A DNA stretch of 64,000 nt, taken from NCBI GenBank assembly GCA_038230375.1, contig JBBRNJ010000014.1, positions 70,165 through 134,164 on the forward strand, in the 5' to 3' direction. A program made the position numbers and the translations under genes. Below, one piece after another: positions 57,444 to 64,000 of the stretch; positions within the stretch are counted from its first letter, which is position 1, and each line of letters starts with the position of its first letter. The stretch is from Polyangiales bacterium (GTDB lineage: Bacteria > Myxococcota_A > Polyangia > Polyangiales > Polyangiaceae). The notes under the pieces were generated by a model. It was given only the letters and a program-made list of their open reading frames with translations. It did not search any database and was not told where the DNA came from.

Positions 57444-58226
57444 TCACTTGCCCGTGAAGTTGGGCTCGCGCTTCTGCGCCCACGACATGATGCCTTCCAT
57501 CGCGTCGCTGCTCTTCAGGAGCGCCAGCTGTCCTTCACGCTCGCGTGCAAGCGCAGCGTCGATGTCGCCCAGGTTTGCGTAGACCGCGCGCTTCATGCGG
57601 GCGTAGGCGAGCGGTGGCCCCTTCTCGAGCTCGCGCGCCAGGGTCATCGTCGCGGAGTGGAGCTCGCCCGGGGGGACCAGGTTCGCGAGCAGCCCGAGCG
57701 TGGAGAGCTCGTCCGCGTGGATTTTCTCTGCAAAATACATCCATTTCAGCGCGCGCGCCGTGCCGACCAGGCGCGGTAGCCAGAAGGTCCCGCCGCCGTC
57801 GGGCATGAGCCCGATCTTCACGAACTTCTCCTGGATGTACGCCGTCGTCGAGGCCACGCGCAGATCGCATGCGAACGCCATGTCTGCGCCGAATCCAACC
57901 GCGCAGCCGTCCAGCATCGCGATGGTGGGCTTCTCGCAGCGGACGATCGCGCGGATCACGTCGTGGAACGCGTCCATGTACGACTCGAGGTTGTCGAGCA
58001 GGTTCGGATCCTCCATGAGCGTCTTCTTGAGGTCCGCGCCCGCGCAGAAGTGGCCGCCCGCACCGGTCAGCACCACGCACCGCACCGTGGAGTCCGCCGA
58101 GGCGTCGTTGATCCCCCTGGCGAGCGTGCCGATCACGCTCTTCGTGAGGGAGTTGCGGGCCTCTGGCCGGTTGATGGTGACCAGCATGGTCTGGCCGTCG
58201 CGCACCAGGGTGACGTCTTCGCTCAT
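57444..58226 (-). CDS. Enoyl-CoA hydratase/isomerase family protein
   Basis: INRPEARN, FCAGADL, ACDLR and GLMPDGGGTFWLPRLVG. Confidence 0.92.
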   Translation of the reverse strand: MSEDVTLVRDGQTMLVTINRPEARNSLTKSVIGTLARGINDASADSTVRCVVLTGAGGHFCAGADLKKTLMEDPNLLDNLESYMDAFHDVIRAIVRCEKPTIAMLDGCAVGFGADMAFACDLRVASTTAYIQEKFVKIGLMPDGGGTFWLPRLVGTARALKWMYFAEKIHADELSTLGLLANLVPPGELHSATMTLARELEKGPPLAYARMKRAVYANLGDIDAALAREREGQLALLKSSDAMEGIMSWAQKREPNFTGK

Positions 58227-58294
58227 ACTGGAAGGGTACCAGGGAGCGCACCCGCGAGGAATATGCGGCAGCCCCGGAACGTAACACCCCGCAC

Positions 58295-59089
58295 ATGCGG
58301 CTGTACGCATTGAACGCTGTCGGGATCGCGCTGGTGCTCGGCCTGCTGGCGCATGCTCCGTCCTCCGTGAGAGAGGGGGCGCTCGTGGCGATCGGGGGAT
58401 GGTGGGTCCACCGAACGTTGCCGGAAAAGCCTTCGCCTGCGGAAGGCAATGGCATCGCGTGTCGCAAGCGCTCGCGCGACCGCGCTGTGCCTGCCTCCGA
58501 CGTGCCTGTCGCGCTCATCGACGGGCCCGGCGACGAAGCCGCCAGCGGGAACGTGGTGTCCCTGGCGTACGTGCATGATGCGCCCGCACCGCGCGAGATC
58601 CGTGCGGAGGTGCTCGAGACGACAGCGCCACTCCTCACGCTGTCCGCTCGCTCACCGATCACTGCCGGAGAGTCAGCTGGATTCTCCGCGTCGTGGACCG
58701 CGCCCATGGGCTCCCCGATGACCGTCGCGCATCCCTTCCACTCTGGCGGGAAGACAGATGTAAACTACACGCTCTTCGTGCGCGACGACAACAGCGGTCG
58801 CACCTACCAGCTCGAGGACCACACGCCGCAGATGTGCGGGACGCGCAACTCGCTCGGCGACGCCGACTTCCAGGCGCTCGACTCCTCCCCGGACGGAACG
58901 CATGTGACGCCACGTACGGACGTGGGGGCGGACCTCTTGCAGACGCGGCTGCTGGCGCCCGGTCGCTACAGCGTCTGGCTGGGATATGCGTTTTGCGGGT
59001 CGTACCTGCTCACGCAAGATCGCCGTCTGCCGCCGCGCACGTTCCTGGGTGAGGTCACATCGAACGCGGTCACGGTGGCGGTGCTCTAG
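58295..59089 (+). CDS. Hypothetical exported protein with Ig-like C-terminal domain
   Basis: Hydrophobic N-terminus; PGRYSVWLGY and VTSNAVTVAV termini typical of beta-sandwich domains. Confidence 0.55.
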   Translation: MRLYALNAVGIALVLGLLAHAPSSVREGALVAIGGWWVHRTLPEKPSPAEGNGIACRKRSRDRAVPASDVPVALIDGPGDEAASGNVVSLAYVHDAPAPREIRAEVLETTAPLLTLSARSPITAGESAGFSASWTAPMGSPMTVAHPFHSGGKTDVNYTLFVRDDNSGRTYQLEDHTPQMCGTRNSLGDADFQALDSSPDGTHVTPRTDVGADLLQTRLLAPGRYSVWLGYAFCGSYLLTQDRRLPPRTFLGEVTSNAVTVAVL

Positions 59090-59100
59090 ATGTGAGCGGT

Positions 59101-60204
59101 CTAGGGCGGAGGTGGTGGCAGCGATGCCGGAGTTCGCTTGTAGAAGTCGGAGTGGAGGTACGCCTTCACGCCGCGCTGTACGAGGATCTTCACGACGGCG
59201 CCAAGGGGCACCGCCAGTACGACGCCAAGGAACCCGAAGAGGGAGGCGGCGCCCATCATCGTGACGAGCACCTCGAGCGGGGCGAGGCCCACGGAGCGGC
59301 CGACGATGCGAGGCGTGACGACCATGGCGTCCAGCACCTGGACGAGGCCCATCACGGCGACCACGCCCACGAGTGTGCCGACCCCATGCCAGTCGAGGAT
59401 CGCCATGGCGAGCGCCAGGACCAGGCCCGTCGCAAACCCGATGTACGGCACGAACGCGAGCATCCCTGTGAGCACGCCGATCGGAACCGCGAGGCGGATG
59501 TCCACCACGCGTAAGCCGGTCGCGTAGAGCGCGCCGAGCACGACGTTGGCGGTCAGCTGGCCGCGCACGTAGCCGCCGAGCGTCTTGTGGATCTGCTTGG
59601 CGACGTCCGACACCGGGCGCTCGTAGCGGCGCGGGATGAGCGTTCGCACGTAGGCGACGATGCGGTCGAAGTCGATGAGGAGATAGAGCGCGAAGACCGG
59701 GATGATCAGCGCCGACAGCACGACCCCCACGTAGCTCAGCGTGCCGAAGATGGTGGTGGTCGCCGCGCTCACGAACGTGGCCATGTTCCACTGCAGGCGG
59801 TCGTTCAATGCCTTGCCGAGCTCGTTCAGCGTGTGCGGCATCTTCACGTGGAAGTTCTGCCACATCCACGGTTCCATCCTGGATTTCAGCCGATCCACCT
59901 GCGAAGGGAAATCCTGCGAGGCGTCGATCAGCTCGTCCAGGAACACCGGGACCGCATACACGAGCGTGACCACGAAGAGTGTGGCGATGGTCAGCATGAC
60001 GATGAACGCGCCCAGCGAGCGTGGCACCTTCAGCGCCTCGAGCCGGTCCACCATGGGGTCGAGCGCATAGGCCACGAGGAACGCGACGAAGAGCGGGACC
60101 AGGACGCCACGCAAGAGGTAGGCGAGCCCGAGCACCACCGCGATGCCGAGGAAGAGCAACACGCGCTGGAACGTCGTACTTGCTGCGACCGTCCTCACAT
60201 TCAA
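59101..60204 (-). CDS. AI-2E family transporter
   Basis: AYALDPMVDRLE, YVRGQL, FVPYIG, PRIVGRSVGL and GVVLAVP. Confidence 0.92.
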   Translation of the reverse strand: MNVRTVAASTTFQRVLLFLGIAVVLGLAYLLRGVLVPLFVAFLVAYALDPMVDRLEALKVPRSLGAFIVMLTIATLFVVTLVYAVPVFLDELIDASQDFPSQVDRLKSRMEPWMWQNFHVKMPHTLNELGKALNDRLQWNMATFVSAATTTIFGTLSYVGVVLSALIIPVFALYLLIDFDRIVAYVRTLIPRRYERPVSDVAKQIHKTLGGYVRGQLTANVVLGALYATGLRVVDIRLAVPIGVLTGMLAFVPYIGFATGLVLALAMAILDWHGVGTLVGVVAVMGLVQVLDAMVVTPRIVGRSVGLAPLEVLVTMMGAASLFGFLGVVLAVPLGAVVKILVQRGVKAYLHSDFYKRTPASLPPPPP

Positions 60205-60359
60205 GACTTCCCGCCCTTCGGTTCGTCGTCTCGCACACGGTCCTTGCCCTTGGGGCCCGTGCGCATGTTCAAGGCTGACCCTGCACGAGGCCGATGCTAC
60301 GCGGTTTGGGGGCTCGGTGCAGCTTCGAATCGGCCGCGTTCTGCGGTAGGAAGCGGGTC

Positions 60360-61265
60360 ATGTCTTCTGCGATGTCGCCTGTCACGTCCGCTGCCACGTC
60401 TTCCGGTTCCTCGTCTGGTCTTGCCCGCTTCGACGAGAACGTGCCGCGGCCCGTTCCTGCCGTGGCGGAACAGGACGGCACCACGCTGGCCCGGCTGGTC
60501 GGCGTGATGCGTCGCCTTCTGTCGGAGGATGGCTGTCCCTGGGATCGCGAGCAGTCGTTCGAGTCGCTGCGCAAGTACGTGCTCGAGGAGGCGTGTGAGG
60601 TCATCGACGCGATCGACAACGGAGACCGCGCTGCGATCCGCGAGGAGCTCGGCGACCTGCTCCTCCAGGTGGTCTTCCAGGCGGAGCTGGGTCGGCGCGA
60701 GGGGGCGTTCGCCATCGACGACGTGGTGTCCGCGATCGTCGAGAAGCTCGTCCATCGCCATCCCCACGTCTTTGGCGACGTGACCGTGAAGGACTCCAAG
60801 GAGGTCCTCTCCAACTGGGAGAAGCTGAAGGCGAAGGAGAAGGCGGGACGCGGCGTCCTCGAGGGGGTGCCGCGGAGCTTGCCTGCGCTCACGCGTTCCC
60901 AGCGCATTGGCGAGAAGGTCGCGCGCGTGGGCTTCGACTGGGCGGACGCAAAGGGCTCGCTCGAGAAGGTGCACGAGGAGGTGGGCGAGCTGGCAGAGGC
61001 CATCAAGAAGGACGACAAGGCGGAGATCGAGGAAGAGCTCGGCGACGCGCTTTTCGCGCTCGTGAACCTGGCGCGTCACGTGGACGTGGACGCGGAAGGG
61101 GCGCTGCGCCGCACGATCGACAAGTTCACGCGGCGCTTCGCGCACGTGGAGAAGCGCGTCAAGGAGGTCCACGGCGGCTGGGGCGACCCTTCGTCCAAGG
61201 AGGTTCTCGCGCTCGCGGTGCTGGATGGATACTGGGAAGAGGCGAAGGACGCGGAGAAGCGGTAA
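60360..61265 (+). CDS. mazG: Nucleoside triphosphate pyrophosphohydrolase MazG
   Basis: GCPWDREQ, EEACE, EELGDLLLQ, RHPHVF and a second EELGD. Confidence 0.95.
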   Translation: MSSAMSPVTSAATSSGSSSGLARFDENVPRPVPAVAEQDGTTLARLVGVMRRLLSEDGCPWDREQSFESLRKYVLEEACEVIDAIDNGDRAAIREELGDLLLQVVFQAELGRREGAFAIDDVVSAIVEKLVHRHPHVFGDVTVKDSKEVLSNWEKLKAKEKAGRGVLEGVPRSLPALTRSQRIGEKVARVGFDWADAKGSLEKVHEEVGELAEAIKKDDKAEIEEELGDALFALVNLARHVDVDAEGALRRTIDKFTRRFAHVEKRVKEVHGGWGDPSSKEVLALAVLDGYWEEAKDAEKR

Positions 61266-61275
61266 CGTGGGAACC

Positions 61276-62466
61276 ATGCACGGCCCGCTCGCGCGCACTC
61301 CGGAGGAATGGACGGAGATCGTCCAGAAGCTGGGCGGTCGTGCGTTCCAGGGTCGCAACATCTTCCGGTGGATCATGGCGAAGAACGTCATGAGCGCGCA
61401 GGACATGTCGGACCTTCCGCAGGACCTCCGCAACAAGCTCGAGGGCGACGGCCTCACACCGGTGCTCACGGTGACGCACGAGCGCGTGTCCACCGACCGC
61501 ACGAAGAAGCTCCTTGTCACGACGCGCGACGGCGCCACGGTGGAGACGGTGCTCATCCCGGGCGTCACGGGCAAGCGGCGCATCGACACGACCGAGATCC
61601 TCGACGCCGACGCCTCCGCCGCGGACGACGACGAGGACGACGAGAGCAGCAACGGTGAGGCCAGCGCCAAGGCTCGTCCCGACGACAAGCCGACGATGAT
61701 GCGCGTCACCCAGTGCATCAGCACGCAGGTGGGCTGCGCAATGGGCTGCGTGTTCTGCGCGAGCGGCGTTGCCGGGCTGAAGCGTCACCTTGGCGCAGAC
61801 GAGATAGTCGCGCAGGTGCTCCTTGGCCGCGCACGCCTTGCTCCCGACGAGCGCCTGAGCAACGTCGTGTACATGGGCATGGGTGAGCCGCTCCACAACT
61901 ACGAAGCCACGGCGCGCTCGCTGCACCTGCTCATGCACAAGGACGGAATCGGCCTGTCGAACCGCCGCGTCACGGTGTCCACCAGCGGCCTGGTGCCCGA
62001 GATCAAGCGCCTGGGCGAGGAGTTTCAGGGGAACATCGGGCTTGCTGTGTCCTTGCACGCGGCCGACGACGAGACGCGCACGCGCCTCATGCCCATCAAC
62101 AAGAAGTATCCGATCGGCGTTCTCATGCGCGCGCTCCGCGACTACCCGCTGCCGCCGCGGCGCCGCATCACCATCGAGTACACGCTGGTCCGCGGCAAGA
62201 ACGATCTCCCGGCAGAGGCAAAGAAGCTCTGCGCGCTGCTCGCCGGTCTGCCCGTGAAGGTGAACCTCATTCCCATGAACCCGATCGAGCACTCCACGCT
62301 TGGCCCGCCGGACGACAGCGGCGTGCTGGCGTTCCAGCGCGTGCTCACGGACGCCGGGTATTCGTGCTTCGTCCGGCGCCGCCGGGGCGATGACGTGGCG
62401 GCTGCGTGCGGTCAGCTCGCGTTGCTCGGCGCGAAGCCGAAGGTCCGGGTCAACCGCGACGCATGA
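61276..62466 (+). CDS. rlmN: 23S rRNA m2A2503 radical-SAM methyltransferase
   Basis: CISTQVGCAMGCVFC, MGMGEP, VSLHA, IEYTL and AACGQL. Confidence 0.95.
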   Translation: MHGPLARTPEEWTEIVQKLGGRAFQGRNIFRWIMAKNVMSAQDMSDLPQDLRNKLEGDGLTPVLTVTHERVSTDRTKKLLVTTRDGATVETVLIPGVTGKRRIDTTEILDADASAADDDEDDESSNGEASAKARPDDKPTMMRVTQCISTQVGCAMGCVFCASGVAGLKRHLGADEIVAQVLLGRARLAPDERLSNVVYMGMGEPLHNYEATARSLHLLMHKDGIGLSNRRVTVSTSGLVPEIKRLGEEFQGNIGLAVSLHAADDETRTRLMPINKKYPIGVLMRALRDYPLPPRRRITIEYTLVRGKNDLPAEAKKLCALLAGLPVKVNLIPMNPIEHSTLGPPDDSGVLAFQRVLTDAGYSCFVRRRRGDDVAAACGQLALLGAKPKVRVNRDA

Positions 62467-63137
62467 TCCGCGCGCTCGTCTCAACGCGGCGCCTCGCGCC
62501 GCTGGCGGTTCTGGCGCTGGTGCTCGCGTTGATGTTGCCGGCGCAGGCGCTCGCGTTTGGTGAGGAGGGCACCGCGGAGGGTGCACGCCCATCGGAGATC
62601 TTGACTCCCCGCACGCGCCGCGTGGAGCCCGACGAAAAAGTTGCAGGATACATGCAACTCTTCGCGACGTCGTTCGTGGGCGAAGGCCTGCGCTTCAACA
62701 ATCCGTATCGGCTCGCCACGCCGCTCGGCAGTGATGCGGAGTCCGTGTCACTGACGTCGCCGTACGTGGACCTTGGCCTGGGCGCCACGTTTGGCGGTGC
62801 GGGCAGCTGGTCGCACGGGATGGCGTTCCGCATGTCCATCGCGACCAGCGGCGTGCGCCAGACCGTGCTGACGCCAAGCTACATGCTCTACCGACGGTGG
62901 CCTCGCGCTGCGCTCTACGGACGCGCGGGCGCCGCGATCGTCGCCCAGCCAGAGGCCACGTGGGGCGGTGAGCTGGGCGCGGGTGGTGTGGTGTTCGTGC
63001 GCGCGGGCCTTGGCGTGGCCGCGGAGGTCGTGGGCGACGTGTTCTACGGCGCCGGCACGCGTGAGCAGGCTGTCACCACGTATCCCGTGCTCTCCGGGCA
63101 GCTCGGCCTGGTGTTCGCGTACGAGGTGTTCCCTTGA
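62463..63137 (+). CDS. Exported protein, probable small outer-membrane beta-barrel
   Basis: Signal ending ALA; amphipathic strands; C-terminal LVFAYEVFP. Confidence 0.6.
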   Translation: MIRALVSTRRLAPLAVLALVLALMLPAQALAFGEEGTAEGARPSEILTPRTRRVEPDEKVAGYMQLFATSFVGEGLRFNNPYRLATPLGSDAESVSLTSPYVDLGLGATFGGAGSWSHGMAFRMSIATSGVRQTVLTPSYMLYRRWPRAALYGRAGAAIVAQPEATWGGELGAGGVVFVRAGLGVAAEVVGDVFYGAGTREQAVTTYPVLSGQLGLVFAYEVFP

Positions 63138-63622
63138 GCGCGCGCTCCTGGAAGAACGTGCCACGTCGTGCACCCGTGAAAACCGGCATGGCTGCGTGGC
63201 AGCTGGGCGCGCTTGCGTTCGTGTCCATCGCGTTCCTGATGGCGCCCACGCCCGGCGATACCGGCGGGTGCGGTGTCACCGCGGAGTCCTTGGACGTCAG
63301 ACAGTTCGGCGTGGGCCGCAAGAACATGGACTGCAAGCGCTGCGGCTCTTGCTCGCTCGCCACCGATCGGTGCGAGAAGGCCTGCGACGGCGGAGTGCCA
63401 TCGGACGTCAGCTTTCCCGATACGTGCAAGCCGCTGCACGAGGACGGGCTCATCTGTCTGCGCGCGCTCAACGCGTCGTCGTGCGACGACTATGCGCGCT
63501 ACATGGATGATCGCGCGCCTGAGGTGCCCACGGAGTGCCAGTTCTGCAAGCAGGGCGCGCCGCCTGCGCCCACGGTGTTCGCCACGGACGCGGGCGCTCC
63601 CATCCGGGGTGACGGCGGATGA
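63134..63622 (+). CDS. Cys-rich exported protein / lipoprotein
   Basis: Hydrophobic segment, then APTPGDTGGC; 11 Cys in total. Start may be ATG 63188. Confidence 0.65.
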   Translation: MSARSWKNVPRRAPVKTGMAAWQLGALAFVSIAFLMAPTPGDTGGCGVTAESLDVRQFGVGRKNMDCKRCGSCSLATDRCEKACDGGVPSDVSFPDTCKPLHEDGLICLRALNASSCDDYARYMDDRAPEVPTECQFCKQGAPPAPTVFATDAGAPIRGDGG

Positions 63623-64000
63623 CGGCGCTGCGGTCCCACATGCTCTTCCTGGCGCTTGCAGTGTCGTGCGCTACGGGCTGCGCGTCGTTTCGTCACGTCA
63701 TCGCCGACGATCAGGACGTCGCGGACTATCGGTCATTCCGCGTGGCCGCGCACCCGGGACGCAGGCTCGGCTTCGCCAGCGTCTACCTCACCGAGCACCC
63801 GCACGGCGCCTTCGCCGACGAGGTGCGCGGCGCCTTCGACACAGAGGAGAACGCCTACTTCGAGCGCGCGAAGGGCTCCCGCGCCGCATCGCGCGAGTAC
63901 CTCACGTATCTGCCGCGCGGCCCGCACGCCGCGCAGGCCGTGGCGCTCATCACTGCGTTCGACACCAACCTGGAGGAGAAGGAGCTCGGCGAAGTCGCTC
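63619..64000 (+). CDS. Lipoprotein, runs off the window end
   Basis: Own translation: MTALRSHMLFLALAVSCATGCASF...; YLxxxPxG motif twice (YLTEHPHG, YLTYLPRG); ATGA overlap; no stop before 64000. Confidence 0.65.
   Translation, partial: MTALRSHMLFLALAVSCATGCASFRHVIADDQDVADYRSFRVAAHPGRRLGFASVYLTEHPHGAFADEVRGAFDTEENAYFERAKGSRAASREYLTYLPRGPHAAQAVALITAFDTNLEEKELGEVA

Overview
High-GC chromosomal window that reads as myxobacterial (probably Polyangiaceae/Sorangiineae-like), judged from gene content, not a database match. Left end (1-3.3 kb): a decayed accessory islet next to the 3' end of tRNA-Val(CAC), with a frameshifted lipoprotein and an HTH gene plus a truncated nucleotidyltransferase (type IV TA-like). 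3.4-22 kb: mixed metabolic and signalling genes (response regulator, methyltransferases, LTA-synthase-like enzyme, ADP-ribosylglycohydrolase, lysozyme-like protein, P5C dehydrogenase, RRM protein, two Ser/Thr kinases, GH63 glucosidase, alpha/beta hydrolase, RlmI-like enzyme). 22-32 kb: housekeeping block prs-rplY-pth-(TPR)-rpsF-rpsR-rplI-dnaB-ArsA-like, then der and era. 32-55.5 kb is the most interesting part, an envelope locus: a large GT-C glycosyltransferase; an ECF sigma / ZAS anti-sigma / STAS-like / lipoprotein operon; and, divergently, a Glt/Nfs-like TPR-TonB cluster containing an apparently degenerate TolQ/ExbB-like gene, followed by an outer-membrane beta-barrel and a short OPX (Wza-like) exporter. 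Right end: asparaginase, cysK, enoyl-CoA hydratase, AI-2E transporter, mazG, rlmN and an exported-protein trio. No CRISPR array, integrase, transposase or rRNA was seen. All calls come from motif recognition by eye; start codons are best estimates.
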